Shown: positions 24,463 to 37,011 of the stretch, piece by piece
Layout of the letters: every line of letters starts with the position of its first letter
Position numbering within the stretch: the stretch's first letter is position 1
Assembly: GCA_964016885.1 (NCBI GenBank)
Contig: OZ024749.1
Location: forward strand, 41,726,001-41,790,000
DNA: 64,000 bases
Reading direction: 5' to 3'
Source: Eledone cirrhosa
Taxonomy: Eukaryota
Made by a program: the position numbers and the translations under genes
The notes under the pieces: generated by a model
Seen by the model: the letters and a program-made list of their open reading frames with translations, nothing else
Told to the model about the DNA's origin: nothing
Databases searched by the model: none

Positions 24463-25673
24463 GTAAGTCAATCATTTAAACCTTTCATCTCATTGAACGT
24501 ATATATATACACACACACACATATATATATATATATAAGGATGGTTTTCTGAAGGGGATCGGAAAAAATACAGTTAAATAGGTACTTAGTATCTTAATAG
24601 AGAAGAAGTATATTTATTTTATATAGAAAAGAGGAATGAAAAAGTTTTAGTCATGTAGAAATCATTTCTATATATATAATATATATAGGACTGGGCTCCT
24701 TATCATGAACATACCCGAGAAATCGCATATTTGATGCACCCTCATAGAAACCCAACTAAAGCTGTAAATTTCCTATATAATATGTGCGAATGCTTTCTCG
24801 TTTCAATATTCCGTATATATACGTGTGTAAGGAAAAGAGCTGATCGTCAGATCGGATATCTCATAAACTAAGTTTCTGTTAGACTTTAGATTGTATATAT
24901 TATCTGCCGGTTGCATCTCCAGGCAGAAAGAAGCGGGATTTGAACTTAGATCACACAGTACCAGAACAGGAACTGCCTAGCATCCTGACCGACACTTTAA
25001 CAATTTCGCCAATCCACCGTAGCTGAACTGGTATTCTATTTATCGAAAGGAGGAAAAGCAAAGTTAACATCGGCGGGATTTGAACTCAGCGCAGAGAGGT
25101 GGAACAAATACCGAGGCATTTAATCCGACACTAACTACAACAAAATCTGCCGATTCGAGTATAACTTACATAATTTCCCACGAAAATAGATGAAGAATCA
25201 GCATGCGACTTATGCACGAATATATACAGTCATTTGTTAATACACTCAGAACCAAACATCACCGAGTACATAAAAAGAGAGAAAACTTAAGCATCAAAAC
25301 AACCAAGAAAACATGTTATACACAGGCATGCCTACCCTGTTCAAATTCTCTCCGAAAACACCATCAGCTCTGCTTCTTGTTGCCCCCTACAATCTCACTC
25401 GCACTATCCATTATCTTCTCTCTACCAAACCCCACTCCTTGGAGAAAAGTAAAGTTTTGTATCATAGAAGCAGAAGAATGAGTTTCAGATGGTTTGGTAT
25501 GAAATGTAGTGTCCTTCATTAGAAGTATAGTCACAAATCACAAATGTTCAAATTATTATTTAACTGAATTCATCTCAGCTGTCTTGGATGCCCTACAAAG
25601 ATCCTTTATTGGTTTCAGTCATTTAACTGAAGTCTTCTTGGCGCACTACTGTGAAGGGATTTCTATTGCTCAT

Positions 25674-26010
25674 ATGGAGGCACATGGCTTAGTGGTTAGA
25701 GCATTGGCCTTGCAATCGAAAGGTTGTGAGTTCAATTCTCAGACCGGGTGATGTGTTGTTTCCTTGAGCAAGACACTTTATTTCACATTGCTCCAGTTTA
25801 CTCAGCTGTAGAAATGAGATGATAGGGACTGGGGTCCATATCATTCCACTGCAAAGTGGTCGTGGGGGTGGCACAGCAAAAAAAGCACCCAGCACTCACT
25901 GTAGATGAGGTTGGTATTAGGAAGGGCATCAAGCCAGAATCAGTTCCCGTCCCACTCTTGCAAACAGGGAAAAGCGGACGTAAAATGAAATTAAATGAAT
26001 GAATGATGAT
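25674..26010 (+). mobile_element. tRNA-CORE SINE, near-identical to 18186-18503
   Basis: The first ~150 bp are almost identical to 18187-18341. Confidence 0.8.
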
Positions 26011-26396
26011 GATTGACTCCAGTACTTATTTTATTAATCTCTCTTCTGTCACATAGCTAAATTATGGCACATTAACAGCATACACATGCACCCATTTATT
26101 TATATATATGTATATATATATATATATATGTGTGTGCGTGTGAGATAAAGACTTTACCACGAAAATATAATAGTATATATAGAGTAATGTAAATTAAATT
26201 CTAAAGGGTTAATAACACAACTATGCCCCGTCTTTTTTTTTTTTACTTTACAATTTTCTTCTAATGAAATATGATACGGATTGTTGCAGAGTCACAAAAT
26301 GTATCTGTGTTTGTTTATATTTTAAAAAATTGGCCAACTTGTATCTACAATATGTTTATATTTTTCAGATTGCTGATTTATTAAACCTTGTTAAGA

Positions 26397-26549
26397 ATGG
26401 CTGAAAAACACGAAGTGAAAGTAAGCAGTACGTTTAGTCCTGATTCCATGAAAGGAATTGCAGAGTCTATTGGGGTCAGTGGAATACCTGATGATGCTGC
26501 TAGTCAATTGGCAGAAGATGTTAGCTACAGACTTAAACTTCTTATCCAA
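26397..26549 (+). CDS. TAF6: TAF6 coding exon 1 (histone fold, H4-like)
   Basis: MAEKHEVKVSSTFSPDSMKGIAESIGVSGIPDDAASQLAEDVSYRLKLLIQ; acceptor ends at 26368, donor GTAAG at 26550. Confidence 0.95.
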
Positions 26550-27254
26550 GTAAGTTGCGTCGTCATCATCAAATCTTTCATGCCGGCATGGGCTGGACAA
26601 AAGTTAAAATAGTTACATGTGTTTTTATTTTAACCTTTTGTTGGGAGTATTTCTAGAAATACTCTATTTCAAATAATCAACAAAGAATTTTGAGGAATTT
26701 ACTAAAATCTTTATTTACAGCATTTAAGATATGGTTAAAAGATCCATGGCAGCAATTGAGAGTTGTTAAGGCACCAGATACTTGCCATGGTATTTATTCT
26801 GGTTCTCTGCAGCATCCATCATTTTGGATTTGAACTCAAATGTAAAATGGTGATGATGTTGAGATATATATATATATGTATATATGTGTGTGTGTGTGTG
26901 TTAGCAGTTTAAAACACTCATAGCGAGACTGTATGTGCTTTCATGTGCACCTCTATTATAATACATATATACATACACATATATATTGTTGTTAAAGCAG
27001 ACATTGTTTGCTTAAACTTTTAAATCTGTGCTAATAATAAATATTTGCTCTACAGGTGTATATATATATCATCATATATATATATAAAACCCTTATCAAG
27101 TCCTCACTAAATTTTCGCCTTTGTATATATTACTACTATATATATACATACATAAACACACACATATACTGATCAGCTCATTTACTTTTTTTCTTTATAA
27201 AATCCATTTTAGCAGTCTAATTATTTGTTGTACTCTTTTCTTCCCCAATCACAG

Positions 27255-27341
27255 GAAGCTGCCAAATTTATGCACCACTGCAAACGAAGCAAGCTAGTTA
27301 CCAGCGACTTTGATATGGCTTTGAAGATCAAGAATTTAGAA
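27255..27341 (+). CDS. TAF6: TAF6 coding exon 2
   Basis: EAAKFMHHCKRSKLVTSDFDMALKIKNLE; AG/GT boundaries, phase 0-0. Confidence 0.95.
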
Positions 27342-28929
27342 GTAAGTTTTCAACCATTCTCCTTTTGAGAATATATGTATGCCTGGCTCTGTGGTTAAGA
27401 CGTTTGCTTACAATTACAGGCATGTTTTTATCCATATATACTGCGTATATATAAGCCTGTATGTATATATAAACATACAGGCTTGTGTTCATATCAACAG
27501 CATTCTAATAAATATTGCCTGTACAGGTAATCAAAGCGTGTATACATTTTGGAGGAACACCCTGTATATATGTATATATATATATATTTATACAATGTAA
27601 TATTGATTTATAGTAATATCAACTCGTTGACCATAATACCTCCAATGTAAATTCGCCGCTAAAATACCAAGAACAGAGGGCACTCATACAGATATTGTTA
27701 TGGGTACAATATTATTAATATCTTGCATAAAAAACATATAATCAAGTAGAACATTACAATATTACTTTCATTACATTTAATACTGTTATAAACTGTATAG
27801 TACTAGATATATTGTTTGTGTGCATTTCCATCTTTATATGATTTGTACATCAGAAATACAAATAATTCAGAGTCCACATATATGTTAATCAGTAAGGTAA
27901 GGTAAACGACTATATGTAGGTAATAATATTTGTATATCATATAAGCTTGGACTGTTGACAGTTTCTGTGCTCCTATCAACAATAGTTCCAACTGCAACTA
28001 TTAATCACAGTACTTAGGTAATATCTGCAGTCATTACATAACTTGGTGCTGGAACACTTTCTCAGTAGGTCGTCTCCCATGAATGCAAAAGTTTGTTTAA
28101 ACAATTCATACAAGTCCAGTTACTGCCATCAAACCTGTAGTTAAATGTGACCTAAAGAAGAGGTTGGTCAAAAACTGACCATTGTTAGGGGACATGCTGG
28201 CAGGAAATCCAAAAACTGAATATAAGCCAAATTTCTCAACCAGGCTAATTATGGAAAGAACAAAGACAGAGTTGAAAAAATATATATTAATCGAACTAGA
28301 ATAAATAGAAATGTTCAACTTACAATCAAATGCGGTTCCAACACTTGGAAGATTAGGTAAATATTGGTTTATGAAGCTTGTTGAAGAGAATTGGTACAGC
28401 TCCGGTCATTACTTACTCACTAAATGATATTACAAGATTTGTACACCTACGTTAATTACTAAGATGAATGACTATGTGTGGGTAATTATATTTGTATATC
28501 ATATGTATATAGAAAGACTGATACTAATGTGTATATATATATATACACACATTGGGATCTGTCTTTCTTTTAAGAAAGGACATGACTATTACTCCATCAG
28601 TAGTTAGGGTCCAGTTCTGTTACCAACAAAATACATTTTAAGGCACCAGGAACACATTGTAAAGTGTGTAAACACATGTAAGCAAGTGGCAGCCTCTGGT
28701 CCATCTGGGATGTCAGGGTCTCCAACTCTGTATTTTGACTTAGCAGGGAGAACAGACTTTAAATGATGATAATTTCCCTCTTATGTAAAATTCTGGGGTC
28801 GTTTTTTTGTTTGGTTTTCTTTTCTTCTTTTTTATAAATTTTTATTTCTTAAAAATGTTGATGGGTTAGTCAGTTGGCTGGGGTTGGGTTTTCAAAAGAA
28901 GTTGAATTTCATTATTTGTTGTGTTGCAG

Positions 28930-29083
28930 CCGTTGTATGGTTTCCAGTCAAAAGACCTGATACCATTCCGTTACACCAGTGGTGGAGGACGTGAGCTACA
29001 TTTCTATGATGAGAAAGAATTAGATCTTAATGAGATTATCAGCAGTCAGTTTCCAAAAATTCCATTAGATGTATCGTTAAAAA
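28930..29083 (+). CDS. TAF6: TAF6 coding exon 3
   Basis: PLYGFQSKDLIPFRYTSGGGRELHFYDEKELDLNEIISSQFPKIPLDVSLK; ends in phase 1. Confidence 0.95.
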
Positions 29084-29211
29084 GTAAGTTTAATTCAACT
29101 ACTCATGTTTTTTTAAAATTTATTTGTTGTTATTGTTTTGTTGTTTTTTTGTCATTTTATTTTTCCCTTTTTTGTATATTTACTTTTTGCCAAGTCTGTA
29201 TCTGTTTTTAT

Positions 29212-29600
29212 GAAGATGCATGGCTTAGTGGTTAGGGCTTTGGGCTCATGATCATATGGTTTTGTGTTTGATTCCCAGGATGGATGATGTGGTTTGTATT
29301 TGAGCAAGACACTTCATTTTGCATTGCTACAATAAATGCATCAAGTCCACTCTGTAAAGTGGTAGTGCTGATGCCATGATAAAAGCACCCAGTCCACCCT
29401 GTAAATCGGTAGTGACAGTACCATAATAAAATGCACCTAGTCCACTCTGTAAATTGGGAGTGACAGTGCCATGATAAAATGCACCCAGTACATGGCGTGA
29501 AGTGGTTGCTGTTAAGAAGGGCACCCAACCATAGAAACCATACCCAAAATGGTACATATGAACAAGGTGCAGTCATCTGACAACTTTTCTAACCTATGCA
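29212..29600 (+). mobile_element. tRNA-CORE SINE with internal 48-bp repeats
   Basis: A box tggcttagtgg, ttgagcaagacacttcattt, tandem ctctgtaaagtggtag units, tail aagaagggcacccaaccatagaaacc. Confidence 0.65.
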
Positions 29601-29703
29601 AGCTATTTTAATAGCATCTCTGCACTTGAGCACATCATCCTTTATACTTATATATATATGTACTTCCTTCTTTAGTTAACATATTTTCTCTCCTTGTTTT
29701 CAG

Positions 29704-29927
29704 CTCATTGGTTAAGTATTGAAGGGGTTCAACCAGCCATTCCTGAGAACCCACCCCCAGCATCTAAGGAACAGCAACAAAAGGAAAGCTTCGACACGTC
29801 CATCAAAGCAGTCATTGACCGTTTACATAAACCAAAACCACACACAGACCTGGCGAAGGCACGCATGAAACACAAGTGTGCTAACACAGCTAAGTTAAAG
29901 AATCTCATCATACATGAATTATCAGTG
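29704..29927 (+). CDS. TAF6: TAF6 coding exon 4
   Basis: (T)[18 protein letters not shown]...HELSV; donor GTGAGT. Confidence 0.95.
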
Positions 29928-30206
29928 GTGAGTTAATGGTTCCTTTTTTGGTGGTGAGGATGGTAGTGGTGGTGGTGACTATAGCAGCAGTAAAGATGGT
30001 GGATGGAGGGGCAGATGTAGAGAGGGTGGTGGCAGCAGTGGTGTTGTGTGTGTACATACACACACATGCCAATACTCATCCTTTTCCATTTTTAAAGGGT
30101 TTTATACTCCACTATCAGGCTAAAATTTCTTTCGTCAAAAATGCGGCGAAAGCTTCTATTTCTACTAGATCTCAAACTTTGCTTGCTGTTTCAAAAAACA
30201 AACTTG

Positions 30207-30247
<41 letters not shown>

Positions 30248-30365
30248 CATACACATACACACACATACATACACAGAAAGAGAAAGAGGAGGAAAAGTGT
30301 TTCAGTAAGTTTTTCTATTCAGTTCTCCATCATCTCTTAATATTTCTTCCTCCTCTTCATTACAG

Positions 30366-30431
30366 GAACAACAATTGTATTATAAAGAAATCACAGAAGC
30401 TTGTGTTGGAGCTGATGAACCCCGACGTCAG
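30366..30431 (+). CDS. TAF6: TAF6 coding exon 5
   Basis: EQQLYYKEITEACVGADEPRRQ. Confidence 0.95.
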
Positions 30432-30677
30432 GTAAGACTATCTCTTCTCTTTATTTACTTTATAAATATATATATATAGTTCAAGGAGACAACAAGCAGG
30501 GGTACAAAAACCCTTATTAGTTTCACACTTTATATGGAAAAGGAGAAAAAAAGTTCAATGTGTCAGGCTTAAGCCCTTCTTCGGGAGTACAAAATAGAGA
30601 CAGGATCACAATGGAGAAACAGAAAACAAGAACGGTGACACAAACAAGCTAGAGGTAAAAACAAAAAGAGAGATATA

Positions 30678-32230
30678 CCATCATTGTTTTTACCTCCGTT
30701 TTTCCATGCTTGCATAGGCTGGCCATGTCCTTTACAGCAGAGCATCTCTCCATTCACTCTGTTCCTTCGCCGTCATCTTTGTGAGACTCAGCGATTTGAG
30801 ATCAGCTATCACCACCTCTGCTCAGGTCTTCCTTGGTCTACCTCTCCTGCAATTTCCTTCCACAGAGATTTCCTAGCACTTCTTCACCCAATGATCACCA
30901 TCTATGCACATCACATGTCCATACGAACACAGTCTTCTCTCTTGCACACTACTTCAGACTCCCCCAGTTTATCCTTAAGTTCATCCAAGGTCTGCCTTTC
31001 TCTCACATTTACATTGCACAGTCACTGCCCATGTTTCACTACCATGCAGTATTGCACTTTGTACACACAGGCGTCATACAGTCGTCCTTTTGTACATAGG
31101 AAGAAACCTTTTATTGTTAACTGTAGGATAGCTCTCTAAACTTCTTCCATCCTATCTTTATTTTAGCTATTATGCTCTCAGAGGACCCTCCTCTGCAGCT
31201 AAATAGGTCACCTAGATAGCAGAAGCTATCCACCACTTCTATGGATCCTGCATGTGGAATGTAAAAGGTTTATATCATTGATGCTCCTCCCTTTGATTAT
31301 ATCTGTGCATCTTTTACATACAAATCTCCCCTTCTCTTTAATCTACCTGATATCCCACTACATCTCTTGTATATCCAAGATTTACATTGTGTATATCGTG
31401 TAAAGTTTATGCTTGCTCCTTTTCTACAAATTGAGCAGGGCCACTTCTCTGGGAGAATTAGGGTCCTATCTTTCCTACTCACTAGCACTTTAGTCTTGAT
31501 TAAGTTTGCTCTCAGACCTTTTGATTCCAAATTCTGTTTCCATAGTCAGAAATAGCAGTGGGCTAAGAACCAAACCTTAATAAACTCCTACCTGTACTTT
31601 GAATTCCCCACTAAACTCACTTTTTACTCTCACTTTACTGACAGCTCTTCTGTACATGGCTTGCACTGCTCTCACAAGCCATTCTTTTACACCTAATTTC
31701 TTTAAGGACCATCAGATAATAGATCGAGGTACTCTGTTAAAGGCCTTTTCTAGATCAACATAAGCTAAATATAGCAGCACATTCTTTGCTAGGAACTTCT
31801 CTTGTTGCCTCACTAAAAAGAGGGCATCTGTAGTGCTTTTCCCAAGTATGAAACTAAACTGCATCTCATCTAATTTGACTCTTTCGCTAATGAGCTGTCC
31901 GTCATTTTTCATAACTTGTTCCATTATCTTTATTCTTCTGTAGTTGCTCCTTTCTTGAGCATCATTTTTACCCTTATAGCAATTTAAGATTGTACTGCTG
32001 CATCAGTTATTGGGTATGACTCTGTCCTGTATTACCTGATTGACTAAGTGGGTTACTAGTTTGACTCCTACTTCTCCCGATGCTTTTAGCATCTTGGCAA
32101 CTATCTCTGACGATCCTTGATTGCTTCTTTGACCCTATAACTGTCAGTTTCAATAGTTAGTCACTCAGTTGGGTAAGTTGATTGTAGTCTCTCCTTGTTC
32201 TATTCATTCTTTACATTCATCAGCCTCTCA
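30678..32230 (-). mobile_element. Decayed RTE-clade LINE (reverse transcriptase fragments) in a TAF6 intron
   Basis: LDEMQFSFILGKSTTDALFLVRQ..YLAYVDLEKAFNRVPRS (RT) and MESKGLRANLIKTKVLVS..WPCSICRKG; frameshifts and stops; 3' tail catggaaaaacggagg..atgatg. Confidence 0.85.
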
Positions 32231-32353
32231 GTAACATTTCCAATGTAGTATATAAAATGGCAGTTTGAGTTATCTACCAATATATTACAAGTATATTATT
32301 TACTGTGTCAATGGTTTTTCTGTTGCTGATATTATTGTTGTTGTCTGCTGTAG

Positions 32354-32533
32354 CAAGCCTTACAGAGTTTGGTGTCCGACCCTGGCTTACACCAAATGTT
32401 ACCTCGGTTCAGTACGTTTATATCTGAAGGTGTGAAGATTAATGTTGTTCAAAACAACCTAGCTTTGCTGATTTACCTCATGAGAATGGTGAAGTCCTTG
32501 ATTGACAATCCAAACATGTATCTGGAAAAATAT
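32354..32533 (+). CDS. TAF6: TAF6 coding exon 6 (HEAT-repeat TAF6C domain)
   Basis: [60 protein letters not shown]. Confidence 0.95.
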
Positions 32534-32880
32534 GTAAGTACTTCTTTCATTGTGTAAGTGTCTGTCTGTGCACATGTGTATCTGTGTATGTGTGTGTCTG
32601 CGTATGTATGTGTCTATGTGTATGTCTCTGTACATGTCTATGTGTATAAGTTGCTTTATTGTTGCACAACAAAAGGTAATATACTCATGCGCACACACAC
32701 ACACACACACATATATATATCATATTTTATTTTAAATAAAGACATTATCTCTATTCATATTTAAAATTCCAAAATAAAAATAAAAAGATTTTTTTTTTCA
32801 CTTTTCTTTTTTCTTTCCCCCACAACTCTCTTTCTCTGTCCTTGCTATAATGACCTTTCTCTCTCTCTCTTCCCCCTCAG

Positions 32881-33005
32881 CTCCATGAAATTGTCCCTGC
32901 TGTAACGACCTGTATCGTAAGTAAACAGTTGTGTATGAAGCCCGATTTAGACAATCACTGGGCTTTGCGAGACTTTGCTGCAAGACTTATGAACAACATC
33001 TGCCG
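32881..33005 (+). CDS. TAF6: TAF6 coding exon 7
   Basis: [41 protein letters not shown](R); ends in phase 2. Confidence 0.95.
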
Positions 33006-33409
33006 GTAGGTTCATCATCATCATCATCATTTCACGCGCACTTTCCATGTTGGCAACAGTTGGATAGGTTGTCACTGTCCATGACTAAACTGGTCAAAGA
33101 ACCATGTCTTGTTCATACATTCCATATTACATAGGTCCTTTCGTGGTTTTTTTTTGGGGGGGGGGGGGGTTAACCCACATTTCAGTTAACCCATAATTGA
33201 GTTAACTCATGATAGAATTATTACACATAGAAGCAACCCACATTTAGGTTACCCAACATAGAATTAACCCACATATAGTTATGGTTTGATATCAGTTTGT
33301 AGAACTGCTGTGTGTTACATGGAAAACGACCATCTGTTTCTTTGAAATACTTTCCATGAGAACTGGGTCAATGAAATCAATCAATACTCTACTGTTTTTG
33401 CTATTTCAT

Positions 33410-33670
33410 TGAGTTAAAATATGTTATTCCTATCAGTACTGAATAGTAAGTGTACTATCAGTTAAAACATGTTATTACGACAGTACCTTACCATAAGTGT
33501 ACTGTCTGTTAAAACATGGTATTACGACAGTACCTTACAGTAAGTGTACTGTCAGTTAAAATTTGATATTTCTAGAGCACTTTACAGTAAGTGTACTGTC
33601 ATATTGTAAGTGTAGTATTTACTATCAGTACACAACAGTAAGTGTGTTACCAGTTAAATATATTATTACT
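33410..33670 (+). repeat. Degenerate ~47 bp tandem repeat
   Basis: aaaacatgttattacgacagtaccttacagtaagtgtactgtcagtt-like units. Confidence 0.7.
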
Positions 33671-33875
33671 AGAGTACACCCAAGAAACCTCCAGTGAGAT
33701 AAAACGCTAGGTAAACCTGTATAGGTGTGAGCTGTAAATTTCAATTCTTTTTCATTTTCAGTCATGCCTGTGCTTATGATAGTAATATCTTAATGTTTTT
33801 ATTTTTATTCCTATCCTCTTTCTAGAATTATCTGGAGTTTTTTTTAACAAATAATGTTTTTTTAATCACCGACAG

Positions 33876-34008
33876 AACTTTTAACACTTGCCGAAACAAC
33901 CTTCAAACTAGAGTGACAAAGCTCTTTAGTAAAGCTCTTCAAACAGAAAAGGTTCCTCTATCTACACAATATGGTGCACTGGTTGGTCTTGGAGAGCAAG
34001 GACAAGAG
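33876..34008 (+). CDS. TAF6: TAF6 coding exon 8
   Basis: TFNTCRNNLQTRVTKLFSKALQTEKVPLSTQYGALVGLGEQGQE; phase 2 to 0. Confidence 0.93.
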
Positions 34009-35329
34009 GTAATACCACATTTTTTCAAGCTACCCTCTTACATATTTTTATATATGTGTGTTTTTGTTTTATTTTTCCACATATTGTTTGGTTTGTTTTA
34101 ATGCACTGTATATCTGGTGAGAATCATTAGAACATCGGATAGACTACTTTGCAGTATACACTCCAGCTCTTTGCTCTCTGAGTTAAAATCCTGTCACGGT
34201 CAACTTTGCCTTTGGAGGTCGATAAAACAAAGTACCATTTTAGTACTGGGGTTGATTCATCCTCTATATCGCTTTTTTATTTCCTTTCTCTGACACTCTC
34301 TACCCTTCTCTGGAAGAAATCTTCTGAATTCAGACCTGGTTTAAAAATGCAGAAGTCACTATGGTGCCTATATGATTCCATCAAGATTTACAGGTCCATA
34401 CATATATAAATACATACATACATATCTGACATAAACCCCACACTTTTTACCCCAAATTTAACCTCAAAATCTGCCCACATCTTGTCCACAAAGATGTGAA
34501 TGGAATGTTTTCTAATTTAGGCACAAGATCAGCATTTTGTGGAGAAGGGAAAGTTGATTATTTCAAGCCTCAATATTTGACTGGTATGATATTTTATCAA
34601 CCATGGAAAGATAAAGGACAAAGTTAACTTCAGAATGTATAACCCTTTAGTATTTAGACCAGCTGTATCCAGCCAGAATTCTCTCACCTCTTTCTGTCCA
34701 AACAGGCTGTAACCAATCTCTCATACTGATGTTAAGGTATTGTTCTCAAAATGGATAATATCAAAATCTCATAGAATCGATATTATGTGAGGTAAAGCCT
34801 TTACCATGAAAATATAATAGTATACATAGAGTAATTTAAATGCTAAAGGGTTAAAGAACTGGAACAAATTCCACAAGGATTTGTCTGATGCTTTTTGGGT
34901 TCTGAAAATACACTACTTCATTATATTGATACACAGGTATGAATATAATTAAAAACATACTACAACAGGTGTCACTCAATCAATTATGATTTGATAGTAT
35001 TTACCATGTTTTTGTTAAGGGATCTAAAGTACCTGTGTATTGTGAGCAGACACATACCCACTTGACCTTCACTTCTTCCCTTGATCCAGCAGAACATCCA
35101 GGATATGACAGCTGGTATAAGAGAGGGACTGGTATTTTCTTTATCAACCCCAAAAGTGGAACTTGATTAGATTTAAATCTTCCAAATACAATTGTGTTTT
35201 ATACTCTGACGCCTGTTATAACACCCACAAAATTACAGTATTCACTAAATTCCATCTATATTCTTCTCTGTCCAATGTTGCTAACATCTTAATAATGAAA
35301 ACCTCTCTATATACATATATATACTTTAG

Positions 35330-35455
35330 GTTGTGAAAGCTTTCATTGTACCCCACTTGAAAGTTCTTGGTGACCGGTTGAAAGCAGTTATTGACAGCCC
35401 TGTTGTGAATAGTTTGGACAAACTCGCTGTTGATCACGTGAAAAAAATTTTATTG
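35330..35455 (+). CDS. TAF6: TAF6 coding exon 9
   Basis: VVKAFIVPHLKVLGDRLKAVIDSPVVNSLDKLAVDHVKKILL. Confidence 0.92.
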
Positions 35456-35534
35456 GTAAATATTTTCTCATCTTTGTTCTGTTTTATTAAATATTTTTAC
35501 TGATTCAAGTTTTGTCAAGTACACTGTAAGTTCT

Positions 35535-35745
35535 AACCACATGCCCTTGGACAGATTTTATGGGCAAAGCCAACCAGCAAGAGACCCAGGGTAGATCCCA
35601 ATAAAGATGGTTGGATGATCCATGAGTTTGGTTGGTCACGCTTGGAGATCCAGTCAGTTGCTTCTGACATGATCCACTGGAAGGAGTGTTTGAGGACTCT
35701 GTCCCAACGACCCTCTCAGGAATAAGTGAGTGAAGAAGAAGAATA
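35535..35745 (+). mobile_element. LINE (RTE/Rex3-like) 3' fragment
   Basis: gcaaagccaaccagcaagagacccagggtagatcc..cgaccctctcaggaataagtgagtgaagaagaag. A reverse-strand homolog lies at about 45955-46240. Confidence 0.6.
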
Positions 35746-36031
35746 AGAAACATTGTAAGTTAGCAGAGTTGTTAGAGTGTTGAATAAAATACCCTGTTGT
35801 AATTGTTCTGGTTCACTTCACACTAAGTTCAAATCCTGCCACGGTCAACTTTGCATTTTATCCTTTCAGGGTTGAGAAAATAAAGTACTAGTTCATGACA
35901 GTGGATTGGCAGAATATTTAGAGTTTTAGACAAGGTGCCTAGTGGTATTTGGTCCAGCACTTTTCAACACAGCTTAACAAAGATCCTTTCATGAAATTAT
36001 GATTGAAGGGTCTTCGATAAATATAAATACT

Positions 36032-36303
36032 TTAACCCTTTTGTTAACCATATTTCTAATGAAAGTTACTGTCCCGGATGATTTTCAAATAATTTTGAAA
36101 ATAATCAAGAATTAAACTGATGTTTGGAACATAATAAAGCTTCTTAGATAAAATTATGATGGAAGGTTTTTAGACAAATATAAACACTTTAAATCAAACA
36201 ATATTGTATCATCAAATCAGAGTTGGTATCAGGTAGTTTGATATCAGCTTTGTATCATAGAACCCTGGGATGGTTTCAGGTAGTTTGGTATCAAAAGGGT
36301 TAA
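36032..36303. mobile_element. Second TTAA-flanked MITE family
   Basis: ttaacccttttgtt..ccatatttct ... ggtatcaaaagggttaa, followed by tandem copies of the right end up to about 36490. Other copies at about 38519-38782, 39197-39628 and 52571-52760. Confidence 0.65.
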
Positions 36304-36524
36304 AATATAGCTTTGTATCTTAGAACCAGTAGTTTCAAGCAGTTTGTTAACAAAAAGGTTAAAACATAGGTTTGTATCTTAGAACCAGGAATGGTTTCAG
36401 ACAGTTTGCTATAAAAAAGGTTAAAACATAACTTTGTATAATAGAACCAAGCATGTTTTCAGGTATTTTGGCACGAAAAGTGTTAAAGAATTTGTTTGAA
36501 AAAAAAATTTTTTTTTTTTCCCAG

Positions 36525-36692
36525 AAAGTTGTGCCACCAGTCCTGAAGACAACAAAAACAGGGAATGATACTCTGGAAGATTATATGAAAGAATATGGAT
36601 ATCTTGGTCAGGCTTTACATACAGCTGTTGTTCAGGAGAGACAAACACCTATAACTACCAACATGGCATCAACCATGACAACTGGCACTAAT
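36525..36692 (+). CDS. TAF6: TAF6 coding exon 10
   Basis: KVVPPVLKTTKTGNDTLEDYMKEYGYLGQALHTAVVQERQTPITTNMASTMTTGTN. Confidence 0.92.
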
Positions 36693-37011
36693 GTAAGTAG
36701 CAAACAATTTAGTTTGTTTTTTGGCACAAGAAAGATGAGATTTCAAGAAACATTAGTTATGAGCTGAGGGTTTCCAGTGCTGAACAGAAAGTTTGGTGGC
36801 ATTTATCATACTTTTTTTTTTTTTACCCCAAATTCAATATAATAGTATATCATCATTTTAAAATCAACTTCTCTATGTTGGCACAAGTGGGTTAGGACTT
36901 TATTGAGACAATGTTTTACAGCTTATTGCCAAATTTCTTCACATTTCATTGTAATTAATGCTGTATTAGGATGAAAAATTGGTAAAACATCTTTCGACTG
37001 TCTTCCATAAA

